A DNA stretch of 64,000 nt. Source: an uncultured Gemmatimonadales bacterium. GTDB lineage: Bacteria; Gemmatimonadota; Gemmatimonadetes; Gemmatimonadales; GWC2-71-9. The notes beneath the pieces are model-generated. The model worked only from the letters and a program-made list of their open reading frames with translations. It ran no database searches and had not been told where the DNA came from. Each line of letters opens with the position of its first letter. The stretch's first letter is position 1. A program made the position numbers and the translations under genes. The DNA is taken from the NCBI GenBank assembly GCA_963842945.1, contig CAWJIM010000023.1:192001-256000 (forward strand), written 5' to 3'. Shown here one piece after another: positions 35,383 through 46,197 of the stretch.

Positions 35383-37020
35383 ACCGTCTCACGCTCAGGT
35401 ATTCCGAGGCTTCGAACGCTGCCCGCATTCCTGCTGCTGCTCGCCGGCCCGGCTGCGGCACAATCGAGCAGCGGACAACGCAGCAGCATTGTCATTGCGG
35501 TGGGAGAACAGGCCACCGTCCCGATCCCCACCCTGATGGAAGGGCCGGCGGGAACGCTGGGCAACCTGGAGCTGGCGGATCAGCTCTTCCTCCGGCTCGC
35601 CGGTCCGGGACCGACACTGGTGACCTCGGGCGATCGCGACTTCGTGCCGCTTCTGGCCCGTTCCTGGACCCGTCGGGACTCGGTGACGCTCGCATTCGAC
35701 CTCGATCCCCGCGCCCGCTGGCAAGACGGCGTTCCGGTTACCTCGCGCGATGTGGTCTTTACCTTCCAGCGGGCAAAGAACCCGGCCATTGCTCCCCGAC
35801 TCGTCGGGCTCCTGCGCAACGTCAGCTCGGTGACCGCCGAGAGCGATCGGCGGGTTGTATTCCGCTTTGCTCGTCCCTACGCGGAGCAGCTGTACGACGC
35901 CACCTTCCACGCCGCACCGCTGCCGGCGCATCTACTCGACACGATGCCGGCGGAGGCCGTGGCCCACTCGGACTTCGTTGCTCATCCGGTAGGCAGCGGG
36001 CCCTATAAACTGGTGCGGATTGTCTCCGGACAGTTTGTCGAGCTGGCGGCGAACGAGAATTTCTTTCTGGGCAAACCCAAGATCGAGCGGGTGATCATCC
36101 GGGTTGCTCCGGATCCGGACGCTCGCATCAATCTGGTGCTGAGCGGCCAGGCCGATGCGGTGGACAATGTGATTCCACCGTTGGAAAACATTCAGCGGAT
36201 CCAGAGCGATACCAGCTTGCGCCTGATCCCCGTCCCATCCCCTACGGTGGGCTTTCTGCTGTTCAATCAGAAAGACCCGCGCAACCAGGCTGAGCCTCAC
36301 CCCATTCTCTCCGACGTGCGGGTGCGGCGAGCCATCACGCTTGGGCTCGATCGCCAATTGTTGATTCATGCCGTGTTCGGATCGTACGCCCAGGTGCCCT
36401 ATGGACCGGTGTCATCCATTCTATGGATCCGAAACGGCGCCCCCAAACCCGCTCGCCAGAATGTGGAGGAGGCCAAGCGGCTGCTCAGCGATGCTGGATG
36501 GCGGGATTCCAATGGTGATGGTATCCGAGACCGGGAAGGCCGGCCTCTGACGCTGACGCTATCGCTCCCCACCACCAGTGCGGTCCGCCGAAAGCTCTCG
36601 GTATTGATTCAGGAACAGCTCCGGCAGATCGGAATCGGCCTCGAGCTGCAGCAGATGGAGTTTCCGTTCTGGATCGAGCGACGCACGGCGGGCAAGTTCG
36701 ACATCGATTTTGCCGGGACGACCCAGGATCCTTCGCCTACCGGCCTGACCCAGGCCTGGAGCTGTGCCGGCGGGACCAATGTCGCCAAGTACTGTAATCC
36801 ACGAACGGATTCGCTGCTCGACGTGGCCATCAACACGCGCCCCAAGGGCGATCCCGCCCAACCCTGGATTGCCGCACTGCGGCAGATCGAGGCCGATGCA
36901 CCGGGGACCTTCCTCTACGCTCCCTTCTACGTGTATGCCGTGAAGCGCCGATTCCGCAACGTGAGCATCACGCCGTCATCATCCTGGCTGATGTTGCGGG
37001 AGTGGTCGGATTCCAGATGA
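35364..37020 (+). CDS. Peptide/nickel ABC transporter substrate-binding protein (start uncertain)
   Basis: WQDGVPVTSRDVVFT, PVGSGPY, DVRVRRAI, LLSDAGW; signal-like FLLLLAGPAAA upstream of ORF 35500. Confidence 0.9.
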
Positions 37021-37988
37021 GGGGCTGGCTGCTTCGCCGGGCACTCCAGGCAGTCGCGGTGCTCGCGATTGCGCTGACACTGCTTTTCTTCTTGATGCGG
37101 GCGGCCCCGGGAGACCCGCTGTCTCGCGCCAGCGAGGTACGCCCGCTGACTCCGGCCGAGCTCGCCGGGTTGCGGGCGCGGTACGGCCTGGACCGGCCGC
37201 TCGGTGCCCAATACGTCTCGTTCATCACCGGCTTGGTGAAGGGCGACCTCGGTGTTTCCATCGAGTACGCCCGACCGGTAACAGCGCTCCTGGCTGAACG
37301 TCTGCCAGCAACGCTGCTGCTGGGCGGCAGCGTTCTCCTCCTCAACTTTACTGTCGGGCTCTGGCTCGGGGTCCGGCAGGCAGTGCACCGTAACCAGCGG
37401 GAAGACCGCTGGCTCACCACCATCTCCTTGCTGGGGTACGCTACACCCTCCTTCTGGCTGGGGCTGGTTCTCGCCTGGCTGGTGGGCATCAAACTGCGAC
37501 TGCTCCCGGCTGCCGGCATGCAGGATCCACTCCTGAGCTTCGACGCCAGCTTCGGGGTCAGAGCCGGCGACGTACTGCGCCACCTGGTATTGCCGGCTCT
37601 AACCCTCAGCATCGTGAGCATCGCCGCGACCATGCGATACCAACGCACCGCCATGCTCGAGGTCCTGAACCTGCCCTTCATGATGACCGCGCGGGCCAAG
37701 GGATTGCCCGAGCGCGAAATCATCTGGCGCCACGGATGGCGCAATGCGCTGTTTCCAGTGATCACTCTTTTCGGCCTCTGGCTCCCGGTTTTGGTGACTG
37801 GCTCGGTGTTCGTTGAAGCTGTCTTCGCCTGGCCGGGACTCGGTTCGCTCGCAGCCGGTGCCGTGTGGGGAAGGGACTACCCGGTTCTCATGGGAGCCTC
37901 ACTGCTCGTGGCCGGGCTGGTTGTGCTGGGCGGATTTCTTACCGACGTTGCCTACGCACTGCTCGATCCCCGCGTACGATTGGCGTGA
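37017..37988 (+). CDS. Peptide ABC permease (OppB/DppB-like)
   Basis: APGDP, YGLDRPL, GDLGVS, TARAKGL, VEAVFAWPGLG, LLDPRVR. Confidence 0.93.
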   Translation: MRGWLLRRALQAVAVLAIALTLLFFLMRAAPGDPLSRASEVRPLTPAELAGLRARYGLDRPLGAQYVSFITGLVKGDLGVSIEYARPVTALLAERLPATLLLGGSVLLLNFTVGLWLGVRQAVHRNQREDRWLTTISLLGYATPSFWLGLVLAWLVGIKLRLLPAAGMQDPLLSFDASFGVRAGDVLRHLVLPALTLSIVSIAATMRYQRTAMLEVLNLPFMMTARAKGLPEREIIWRHGWRNALFPVITLFGLWLPVLVTGSVFVEAVFAWPGLGSLAAGAVWGRDYPVLMGASLLVAGLVVLGGFLTDVAYALLDPRVRLA

Positions 37989-38824
37989 GGCCGGCCTTCA
38001 GTGTGCTTCGGGAAGCCTGGCGCAATCCCGCTGGACGGGCAGGGGCAATTCTCCTCCTGGTAATCGCCATCAGCGCTCTGATAGGGCCCTGGTTCCTACC
38101 CGATCCGCTGGCCCAGCCCGACATCCTGGCGGGAAGCCTTCCGCCGGGACTTGGTCATCCCTTTGGTACCGATCAGCTCAACCGCGACGTTCTGGCGAGA
38201 GTCGTAGCTGGAGCCCGGGTATCGCTGAGTGTGGCTCTGCTGGCGGTGGGGCTCTCGGTGACAATCGGAGCGGCCGTCGGCCTGGTGTCGGGCTACTGGG
38301 GAGGCGTAGTGGACGCCGGGTTGATGCGGCTGGTTGACGGTGCGCTGGCCATTCCGCGGCTGTTCATACTACTGCTGGTCCTGGCTACCATGGATCGGGT
38401 GCCCCTCCCCGCTCTGATCGTGCTGATAGGCGCCACCGGCTGGTTTGCCACCAGCAGATTGGTCCGGGCCGAGGTGCTTCGGATCCGGGAAGAGACCTAC
38501 GTCCGCGCGGCCGAGGCGCTCGGGGCCCGGCGACGCCACGTTATCTTGCGGCATCTTCTCCCCAACACAATGGGACCTTTGCTGGTGGCAGCGACGCTTG
38601 GCGTTGGTGACGTGATTCTCCTGGAAGCAGGATTGTCTTTCCTCGGGCTCGGGGTGCAGCCGCCCACGCCGTCCTGGGGAAACATGGTTCTAGATTCGAA
38701 GGAAGTGCTGGTCAGCGCACCCTGGGTAAGCATTTTCCCCGGTCTCGCTATCGTGATAACCGTTCTCTCGGCAAACCTGGTCGGCGATGCGCTGCGCGAA
38801 ACCATCGACCCGCGGAGCGCATGA
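37985..38824 (+). CDS. Peptide ABC permease (OppC/DppC-like)
   Basis: HPFGTDQLNRDV, AAEALGA, EAGLSFLGLG, PTPSWG, GDALRETIDPR. Confidence 0.93.
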   Translation: MRPAFSVLREAWRNPAGRAGAILLLVIAISALIGPWFLPDPLAQPDILAGSLPPGLGHPFGTDQLNRDVLARVVAGARVSLSVALLAVGLSVTIGAAVGLVSGYWGGVVDAGLMRLVDGALAIPRLFILLLVLATMDRVPLPALIVLIGATGWFATSRLVRAEVLRIREETYVRAAEALGARRRHVILRHLLPNTMGPLLVAATLGVGDVILLEAGLSFLGLGVQPPTPSWGNMVLDSKEVLVSAPWVSIFPGLAIVITVLSANLVGDALRETIDPRSA

Positions 38825-39792
38825 CCCACGTCTTGGACGTGCAGAATCTTCGAGTGTCCTTCCCAGGCGACCACCGGCGGGTGTACCCGGTTGACGGGGT
38901 GAGCTTCTGGCTGGACCGCGGCGAAACCCTGGCCCTGGTCGGTGAGTCCGGCTGTGGCAAGAGTCTCAGCAGTCTGGCCCTCCTCCAGCTGGTTCCCAGT
39001 CCCGGACAGATTGACCCAGGCAGCGTGATCCGGTTGGCCGACACCGACGTGCTGGCATTGCGGGGAGAGGCGCTACGAAGAATCCGCGGCCGGCGGATCG
39101 GCATGATTTTTCAGGATCCGATGACCAGCCTCAACCCGGTGTTCCGGGTGGGAGACCAGATCGTCGAAGGAATTCGGGCGCATTTCAAGATTTCCCGAGC
39201 CGAAGCTCGCGATCGTGCGCTGCAGCTGCTTCAGGAGGTAGGAATCCCCGATCCGGTCGAGCGGCTGAATGCGTACCCGCATCAGCTGAGCGGAGGAATG
39301 CGGCAGCGGGTGATGATCGCGATTGCGCTCGCGGCCGAGCCGGAAATTCTCGTGGCCGACGAGCCCACCACCGCGTTGGACGTCACGGTCCAGGCGCAGA
39401 TTCTCGAGGTCCTGGACCGTCTCCGCACCAGCAGAGGCATGGCCGTGCTGCTGATTACCCATGATCTCGGCATCGTGGCCGGGCGGGCGGACCGGGTGGC
39501 TGTGATGTATGCGGGCCAGATCATCGAGGAGGCACCCACCGCACAACTCTTTGCCAATCCCTCGCACCCCTACACCCAGGGACTCTTTGCCTCGGTGCCT
39601 CGGATTACCGGACCACTCCGGCGGCTGACCCCAATACGGGGGAATGTGCCGGCACCATCAGCCTGGCCCAGCGGCTGTCGCTTCCGGCCCCGCTGCCCCA
39701 AGGCCTTCGACAAGAGTGAGCAGGAGCCCCCGCTGCTCCCCGTGGAGATGGATCATCGCATGCGTTGCTGGCTGGCTGAGCGAGATGGCTGA
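38821..39792 (+). CDS. Peptide ABC ATPase (OppD/DppD-like)
   Basis: [46 protein letters not shown]. Confidence 0.95.
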   Translation: MTHVLDVQNLRVSFPGDHRRVYPVDGVSFWLDRGETLALVGESGCGKSLSSLALLQLVPSPGQIDPGSVIRLADTDVLALRGEALRRIRGRRIGMIFQDPMTSLNPVFRVGDQIVEGIRAHFKISRAEARDRALQLLQEVGIPDPVERLNAYPHQLSGGMRQRVMIAIALAAEPEILVADEPTTALDVTVQAQILEVLDRLRTSRGMAVLLITHDLGIVAGRADRVAVMYAGQIIEEAPTAQLFANPSHPYTQGLFASVPRITGPLRRLTPIRGNVPAPSAWPSGCRFRPRCPKAFDKSEQEPPLLPVEMDHRMRCWLAERDG

Positions 39793-40795
39793 TCCGAGCC
39801 CACCGTTGCTCTCGGTACGAGATCTGAAGAAGTACTATCAGGCCACCGGCTTGTTCGGACGCGCGGCTCCGCCCGTACGTGCGGTGGATGGAGTGTCCTT
39901 CGAGGTTGGCCGGGCCGAGACCCTGGCGTTGGTGGGAGAATCGGGTTGCGGCAAGTCGACGGTCGGGCGCACGATCCTGCGGCTGCAGGAGCCCACCAGC
40001 GGAAGCGCCGTCTTCGAGGGCGCTGACATTTTCTCGCTCGATCGAGCCTCCCTCCGCGCTCTCCGGCGGCGGATGCAGATCATCTTCCAAGACCCCTACA
40101 GCTCGCTCAACCCGCGCATGTCGGTCGGTGCCGCCGTCGCCGAAGGGATCGAGATTCACCGGCTCGCTCCCCGCAAGGAGATTCCGGAGCGGGTGAGCGC
40201 TCTCCTGCGCGAGGTGGGTCTCGACCCCGAATACGCCCGCCGCTATCCCCACGAGTTTTCCGGAGGCCAGCGACAGCGGATCGGGATTGCGCGCGCGCTT
40301 GCGGTGCAGCCGGCGTTCCTCGTGTGCGATGAGCCGGTGTCCGCTCTTGACGTATCGGTACAGGCCCAGGTGCTCAACCTGCTGTCCGATCTTCAGCAGC
40401 AGCGGGGGCTCTCCTACTTGTTCATTGCCCACGACCTGGCCGTGGTGCGGCAGATCGCTCACCGCATTGCGGTGATGTACCTGGGCCGGATAGTCGAGGA
40501 AGGCTCCACCGATCAGCTTTTGTCGAACCCCCGACACCCATATACAGTGGCACTGCTGTCGGCGGTGCCCGAGCCCGAGCCCGGTGGCGGACGGAGCCGT
40601 ATTGTGCTTCGGGGAGACCTGCCCAGCCCATCGAATCCACCGTCCGGCTGCCCCTTCCACACCCGCTGCTTTCACCCGGCTAGGAACGAGCGCTGCCGCG
40701 TCGAAGTGCCGCCGCTCCGGCCGGTTGCCGGGACGCTGGCAGCTTGTCACTACGCGGAAACGACACCCCAACCAGCGGAGGCTGGAGCTGCCTGA
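39785..40795 (+). CDS. Peptide ABC ATPase (OppF/DppF-like)
   Basis: [51 protein letters not shown]. Confidence 0.95.
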   Translation: MADPSPPLLSVRDLKKYYQATGLFGRAAPPVRAVDGVSFEVGRAETLALVGESGCGKSTVGRTILRLQEPTSGSAVFEGADIFSLDRASLRALRRRMQIIFQDPYSSLNPRMSVGAAVAEGIEIHRLAPRKEIPERVSALLREVGLDPEYARRYPHEFSGGQRQRIGIARALAVQPAFLVCDEPVSALDVSVQAQVLNLLSDLQQQRGLSYLFIAHDLAVVRQIAHRIAVMYLGRIVEEGSTDQLLSNPRHPYTVALLSAVPEPEPGGGRSRIVLRGDLPSPSNPPSGCPFHTRCFHPARNERCRVEVPPLRPVAGTLAACHYAETTPQPAEAGAA

Positions 40796-40881
40796 TAGTG
40801 CCGTGACCCTGCTCACTGCTGCACCTCTCTGCCCGGCTGATTTTATCCTTGCTTCTCACATAACCCCAACGGGGGAACGAC

Positions 40882-41103
40882 ATGACCGAGAAAAAAGACC
40901 TGGGCAAGCAGGGCGTGAAGGATGAGCTCAAGGGTGTGGCCAAGCAGGTGGAAGGCAGAGTGCGGGGCACTGTGGGTGGTGCCACCGGCAACACCGGCGA
41001 GCAGATCAAAGGCAAGGCTCAGGAAATCAAAGGGAAGTTCCAGCAGGGAGTCGGCCGAACAGAGCAGGACCTCGACGCCGACGCCGAGAGCAACGAGAGA
41101 TAG
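40882..41103 (+). CDS. csbD: CsbD-family stress protein
   Basis: KGVAKQVEGRVRGTVGGATGN..KGKAQEIKGKFQQGVG; RBS GGGGGA. Confidence 0.85.
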   Translation: MTEKKDLGKQGVKDELKGVAKQVEGRVRGTVGGATGNTGEQIKGKAQEIKGKFQQGVGRTEQDLDADAESNER

Positions 41104-41114
41104 CTGCGGAACGC

Positions 41115-41154
41115 CAAAGGGGGCCGAAGCTCGTACGAGCTTCGGCCCCCTTTG
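41115..41154. terminator. Bidirectional terminator (perfect 40-bp palindrome)
   Basis: CAAAGGGGGCCGAAGCTCGTACGAGCTTCGGCCCCCTTTG between convergent csbD and fliA. Confidence 0.88.
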
Positions 41155-41172
41155 TATCTCAGAGTAATTTGC

Positions 41173-42006
41173 CTACGACTTGCCGCTCAGCGTCGGCCCG
41201 GCCTCCGCAAGCTCCTGCCGCAGCCGTTTCAGAGCCTGGCTTCGAATCTGGGATACCCGGGACTCGCTCACGTGCAGTACCTCACCCACCTGACGCAGGT
41301 TGAGCTCCTCGTAGTAGTACAGCGCCAGCACCCGCCGCTGCTGCTCGGGCAGCCGTGAGATCAGCTGACGTAAATGTGCCACGTGCTCCGTCTCCACCAG
41401 CTTCTGGGTTGGCGAGGTGATCGAAGGATCGGCATGGGTTTCGGCATCGCGCGAAAACCGCCGTCCGTGCGACGGCCGAGGGGTCTCCGCCTCCGCGTAC
41501 ACGCCCACAGCATCCTTCCATTTCCAGTAGGTCGTGATGTCGATGCCGAGATGAGCGGCAACCTCCTGTGGGGTGGGCGCGCGGCCCAGGCGGGATTCCA
41601 GCGCCGCCGCAATTGCCTCGATGCGTCTGCGCTTGACCCGCACGGACCGGGGCGTCGAGTCACGGCTTCGAAGATCGTCCAGAATCGCACCCCGGATCCG
41701 GAGCACCGCATAGGTACTGAAGGCCAGCCCACGGGACAGATCGAAGCTGTCCAGTGCCTTCATCAGACCCAACGCGCCGGCGCTCACCAGCTCACCGAGC
41801 TCAACCGAAGGAATGCGGCGAGAAACTTCCCGCGCGACATGATGAACCAGACCGAGGTGGCGGACCAGAAGCTGCGCTCGCGCTTCGGCGTCGCCCGCAG
41901 AACGGTATCTGGCCCAGAGCGACTCGGTCCGGTCCTCCGTCTGGGCAGCAGGGCTCGCGGTCATTGCCGGTACCCTGTGGTGTCGGGAGTGGCTGCCATC
42001 GGACAT
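41173..42006 (-). CDS. fliA: FliA/WhiG-family sigma factor (sigma28)
   Basis: LVSAGALGLMKALDSFDLSRGLAFSTYAVLRIRGAILDDLRSRD; LALYYYEELNLRQVGEVLHVSESRVSQI; start may be MTASP at 41964. Confidence 0.92.
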   Translation of the reverse strand: MSDGSHSRHHRVPAMTASPAAQTEDRTESLWARYRSAGDAEARAQLLVRHLGLVHHVAREVSRRIPSVELGELVSAGALGLMKALDSFDLSRGLAFSTYAVLRIRGAILDDLRSRDSTPRSVRVKRRRIEAIAAALESRLGRAPTPQEVAAHLGIDITTYWKWKDAVGVYAEAETPRPSHGRRFSRDAETHADPSITSPTQKLVETEHVAHLRQLISRLPEQQRRVLALYYYEELNLRQVGEVLHVSESRVSQIRSQALKRLRQELAEAGPTLSGKS

Positions 42007-42584
42007 CCATTGCGGAGTGTGATCGGGGGAAGAGTGCGCCGCTCAACCCGGTTCATCCCGGGTGAAGGAGCGTCCTCGTAACTCTCGGCCGAGGTGAAGG
42101 CAACGGCTGTACCACCAGTGCCGGGGAATGCAGTGGATCGGCTGCAAATTTCTGCAGCGCGCTTCAACTCATTGTGGTGTGGTCGTTTAAAGGAGGGGTC
42201 TGCAGGCGCGTCTGACCCGGGCGGGGCTGGAGCGGCGGCAGACTACGTCAGGCAAGAGGCCAGAGACAGGCCAAAACGGCGAGGGGCCCGGCAAGATGCA
42301 GGGGTAGTGCACGGCATCTTCGATCGTGGCTACTGCGCTGCAGACGAGAACGGCCCGGGTAGATCAGGACTTGATCTGGTCGACGGCCCGGATGCGGTCC
42401 GGCACTTTTGACCAGGTGCAGACTTCTCCCCACTGTGCGTCCCGGGTGTCATCGTCAGGCGGAGACCGAGGAACAGACAAGAGCATCGGAACAGCAGCTA
42501 AAATCTTGAGCCGCTTTCCTCTTGGGAATCGACGAGGTTGGAGGACTGGTCAGTCGAGAGGTGTTGGGTTACAATCAACAGACG

Positions 42585-42612
42585 TAAAGAATCGCTGGTC
42601 GCGGGCCGAAAA
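42585..42612 (+). promoter_or_regulatory. Sigma28-type promoter
   Basis: TAAA-N16-GCCGAAAA versus consensus TAAA-N15/16-GCCGATAA, 67 nt upstream of the FlgM-like ORF. Confidence 0.65.
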
Positions 42613-42679
42613 CTCACCGTACTCACTTCAACGGGCGCTGTCCCACTCCCAAGGCGCTCGAGCTCGGAAAGGTTCAGCG

Positions 42680-42859
42680 TTGGCTCATCCCGATGAGTAC
42701 CGGACGACCCCGCAAGTCGAAGCCGACCGGCTCCGGCTCATTCACCAGCGCCTGCAAACCGACTTCTACGAAGTGCCTCCCGCATCGGAGCACATTGCGG
42801 CGGCGGTTCTGGCCGATCTGACAGACCTCGAAGAAGGCGCTTCCTCCCTCCCGCACTAA
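42680..42859 (+). CDS. Small FlgM-like anti-sigma28 candidate (59 aa)
   Basis: TTG start after [44 protein letters not shown] resembles the FlgM C-terminal sigma-binding helices; divergent from fliA. Confidence 0.6.
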   Translation: MAHPDEYRTTPQVEADRLRLIHQRLQTDFYEVPPASEHIAAAVLADLTDLEEGASSLPH

Positions 42860-42864
42860 CCAGT

Positions 42865-43257
42865 GTGGCAAATCAACGCCAACTCATTTCCAGCGGAACT
42901 CCGTGGGAGCCGATCGTCGGCTATTCCCGGGCGGTTCGCGCCGGGAACTGGATCCACGTCGCGGGGACCACGGCGACCGGCCCCGATGGAAAGATTGTAG
43001 GTGAAGGCGATCCCTACCTCCAGACGGTTCAGGCGATTCGAAATATCGATGCAGCCCTGAGAGCCGCTGGATCGTCTCTGGCAGACGTGGTGCGCACCCG
43101 CATGTTTGTGACCAATATCGACCACTGGAAAGAGGTGGCACGGGCTCACGGCGAGTTCTTCCGGGAAGTGCGGCCCGCGGCCACAATGGTCGAGGTCAGC
43201 CGGCTGGTTGACCCGTCCATGCTGGTGGAGATCGAAGCCGAGGCTGTCATCCTGTGA
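42865..43257 (+). CDS. RidA/YjgF-family protein
   Basis: [41 protein letters not shown]. Confidence 0.92.
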   Translation: MANQRQLISSGTPWEPIVGYSRAVRAGNWIHVAGTTATGPDGKIVGEGDPYLQTVQAIRNIDAALRAAGSSLADVVRTRMFVTNIDHWKEVARAHGEFFREVRPAATMVEVSRLVDPSMLVEIEAEAVIL

Positions 43258-44050
43258 GCGGACGGCAGCGCTTTACTCAGGTCGATGCGTTTACCGAACG
43301 GGCGTTCGCCGGAAATCCTGCGGCGGTGTGCCTGCTTCCCTCCCCGGCCGATCCGGTCTGGATGCAGGACGTTGCTCGCGAGATGAATCTCGCCGAGACG
43401 GCCTTCCTGGTTCGCCAGAACGATGGCTTCAGTCTGCGGTGGTTCACGCCTTCGGTCGAGGTCGATCTCTGTGGCCACGCCACCCTGGCGAGCGCCCATG
43501 TGCTTTGGGAGGAGCAGGAACTGGAGCCGCAAGAGACCGCTCGCTTCCATACCCGCAGCGGCCTGCTCACCGCCTCCCGCGAGGGCGATCTGATCTGGAT
43601 GGATTTTCCGGCCACGCCCAGTGAGCCGGTTGAATCTCCGCCCGAGATCAAAGAGGGGCTGGGGGCAACCACTCAATACGTCGGCCGCACGATGTTCGAC
43701 TACCTGGTGGAGGTAGAATCCGAATCCACTCTTCGAGCACTGGTCCCGGACCTCGGCCGCCTCAGCCGACTTCCCGTCCGGGGCGTGATCGTCACGGCAC
43801 GGTCGGAGCACGCCGAGTACGATTTCGTGTCTCGATTTTTTGCGCCGGCAGCGGGCGTTCCGGAAGACCCGGTCACCGGCTCAGCCCACTGCGCCCTGGG
43901 ACCTTACTGGGGTACCAAATCAAAGCAGAGCCGTATGGTGGGCTACCAGGCGTCTCCCCGGGGGGAACGGTCATGATTCAGCTCGGTCAGGACCGGGTGC
44001 GCCTCGGGGGCCACGCGGTCACCGTGCTGCGCGGCGAGCTACTCCATTAA
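43254..44050 (+). CDS. PhzF-family isomerase (frameshift near 3' end)
   Basis: [39 protein letters not shown]; ends [13 protein letters not shown]. Confidence 0.92.
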
Positions 44051-44384
44051 CGCCATCGATCCACTCGCAGCATTCGACGCGCTCGACCTCCGGGTCGGTC
44101 GGATCATCCGGGCCGAGCCTAATGCTCGCGCCCGCAAACCCTCATACTGCCTCTGGATCGACTTTGGTCCGCTGGGAGAGAAGACTTCCAGCGCTCAGCT
44201 TCGCGCTCTCTACCAGCCGGACGAGCTCGTCGGGCGGCTGGTGGTTGCGGCGATGAATCTCGGCACCCGCAACATTGCGGGATTCTTATCTGAGGTGCTG
44301 GTTCTTGGCCTGCCAAGCGACCAGGGCGACGTCGTCCTGCTCGGGGTAGAGCGAGAGGTACCGCTGGGAGGGAGGGTGTACTAA
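44046..44384 (+). CDS. csaA: CsaA-type tRNA-binding OB-fold protein (absent from ORF track, no canonical start)
   Basis: Manual translation: FDALDLRVGRII..ARKPSYCLWIDFGPLGEKTSSAQL..NLGTRNIAGFLSEVLVLG..GGRVY. Confidence 0.85.
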   Translation: MNAIDPLAAFDALDLRVGRIIRAEPNARARKPSYCLWIDFGPLGEKTSSAQLRALYQPDELVGRLVVAAMNLGTRNIAGFLSEVLVLGLPSDQGDVVLLGVEREVPLGGRVY

Positions 44385-44401
44385 GAGGCGTCCGGGCGGG
44401 A

Positions 44402-44818
44402 TCAGCGCGGGGGTGTTGAATCGGCCACCAGAGGCCGCACCACCAGCCCGGTTACCGCTCCATCCCGGGCCAAGCTCCACTCGATCAACATCCGGTGCTT
44501 GGATTTGTCGAAGCTGGCACTGCGGCTGTACACGGTGAAAGGCTCGGCTCGGTTCACCTGCTCATCAACCTGTCCCTGCTCGGTTCCCAGGTTATATACC
44601 GCCCGGCTGGCAAAGTCGGCCAGATCAGTTACACTGCCGAAAGCCTGACGCATGTCGGGCGAGAATCGATCCCACAGCTTTTTATACTCGCTTCCGTAGA
44701 GCCAGGCCGTGTACGTCCGGCCCTCCTGCATGGACTTCTGTTCCGGCCGATGCTCGGCAGAGGTACAGGCGGCTACGCCGAGCGCGATCAGCAGCAGGCT
44801 CAGTCCGGCTTTCAGCAT
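44402..44818 (-). CDS. Hypothetical lipoprotein
   Basis: Lipobox VAAC; LWDRFSPDMRQ..DGAVTGLVVRP resembles DUF3887/NTF2-like folds. Confidence 0.65.
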   Translation of the reverse strand: MLKAGLSLLLIALGVAACTSAEHRPEQKSMQEGRTYTAWLYGSEYKKLWDRFSPDMRQAFGSVTDLADFASRAVYNLGTEQGQVDEQVNRAEPFTVYSRSASFDKSKHRMLIEWSLARDGAVTGLVVRPLVADSTPPR

Positions 44819-44864
44819 TAGCGTCCTCAATATTCGTCGCGCTCTCAGGAAACTGGAGACGGTC

Positions 44865-45689
44865 ATGCGGGTGTACATCTCGGTCGACATGGAGGGAATT
44901 TCGGGCGTCGTCCACGAGGACCAGACCGACCCGATCGAAGCCCGCCATGCGGGAGAGTATAACAGGTTCCGCAGATTAATGACCAATGAAGCCAATGCGG
45001 CAATTACCGGAGCATTGGACGCCGGTGCAACCAGTGTTCTGGTCAACGACAGCCATTGGCTCATGCGAAACCTTCTGGCCGAAGAGCTTCATCCTGCAGC
45101 CGCGCTGTTGAGCGGCGGCCCCAAGCTCCTCTCGATGGTGGAAGGCATCGACACCGGCTTCGAGGCAGCAATGTTCATCGGCTATCACGCGCGAGCCGGC
45201 ACCGCTCGAGCGATCATCGATCATACGTATACCAGCCGCGTCTATGAAGTACGAATCAACGGCCAGCCTGTTGGCGAGCTGGCACTGAATGCCGCCATGG
45301 CCGGCCTGCACGGCGTGCCCGTCGCGCTGGTCAGTGGAGACCAGGCCATTGCGTCAGAGGCTCGCTCACTGCTGGGCGATCAGGTGGAGGCGGTGGTGGT
45401 CAAGGAGTCGGTCGGCCGGTTTGCAGCCCGCAGCCTGGCCCCCAGTGTCGCGTGCCAGCGCATCAGGACTGGAGCGGCCGCCGCGCTTCGGAAGAAACAC
45501 ATCCCATTCACCTTCGATTCTCCGGTTCGGCTAGAGGTGGATTTCGTGGAGAGTCAGATGGCCGACATGGCCGAGCTGGTACCGGGTTCCCAGCGGGTAG
45601 GCGGACGGACCGTGTGCTACAGCGGTTCCGACTACCGGGAGGTTTTCCGCGCCTGGCGAGCGATGTACAACCTGGCAAGCGTTGAATAA
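44865..45689 (+). CDS. dppA: M55-family D-aminopeptidase
   Basis: YISVDMEGISG, VNDSH, FIGYHA, DHTY, VSGD; RBS GGAG. Confidence 0.93.
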   Translation: MRVYISVDMEGISGVVHEDQTDPIEARHAGEYNRFRRLMTNEANAAITGALDAGATSVLVNDSHWLMRNLLAEELHPAAALLSGGPKLLSMVEGIDTGFEAAMFIGYHARAGTARAIIDHTYTSRVYEVRINGQPVGELALNAAMAGLHGVPVALVSGDQAIASEARSLLGDQVEAVVVKESVGRFAARSLAPSVACQRIRTGAAAALRKKHIPFTFDSPVRLEVDFVESQMADMAELVPGSQRVGGRTVCYSGSDYREVFRAWRAMYNLASVE

Positions 45690-45716
45690 TGGATACGCAA
45701 ACTGACGGAGGTCGCG

Positions 45717-46121
45717 ATGCGAGATCTCGCTCTGGGAGTCGTCATCGGCTTTCTCATAGCCGGGGCCTACGCCATTATGTGGAAGGTGCGCTACACCGCT
45801 GCGGTGCGGAGCGATGCGGTGCTGAGGAGCCAGGCGATCACGGCCGGCAAGGTCCATGAGCAGCTGCTGCCTTACTTCCCGGACTTTCCCTACAATCCCA
45901 AGGACGTTCGCTTTCTCGGCAGCCCTACGGATCTCATCGTCTTTGACGGACTGGCGGACGGTCAGGTAAAACGGGTGGTCTTTCTCGAGGTCAAAACCGG
46001 AGGTTCCTGCCTTACGGCAAGAGAGCGCTCAGTCCGCGATGCCATTCAGGCCGGCGAAGTGGAATGGCTGGAGGTCCGTTTCACCCGCCCCCTGACGGAA
46101 TCAGAAAGCGGGGTATCTTAG
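45717..46121 (+). CDS. Membrane-anchored PD-(D/E)xK nuclease (Holliday-junction-resolvase-like)
   Basis: N-terminal TM; GKVHEQLLPY, RFLGSPTDLIVFDG, FLEVKTG. Confidence 0.82.
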   Translation: MRDLALGVVIGFLIAGAYAIMWKVRYTAAVRSDAVLRSQAITAGKVHEQLLPYFPDFPYNPKDVRFLGSPTDLIVFDGLADGQVKRVVFLEVKTGGSCLTARERSVRDAIQAGEVEWLEVRFTRPLTESESGVS

Positions 46122-46197
46122 AGATGACCACCGCGTGGTTCGGCGCACCTGGGCGGTGCATCTGCACCTGGAGCGGTGCCTTCGATGGAGCACTCAG

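Noticed and set aside
42326..42679. N-terminal extension of the 177-aa ORF 42326-42859 and other ORFs in 42094-42500
   Set aside because: No recognisable protein features. The extension spans the sigma28 promoter, and a better RBS and start lie at 42680.
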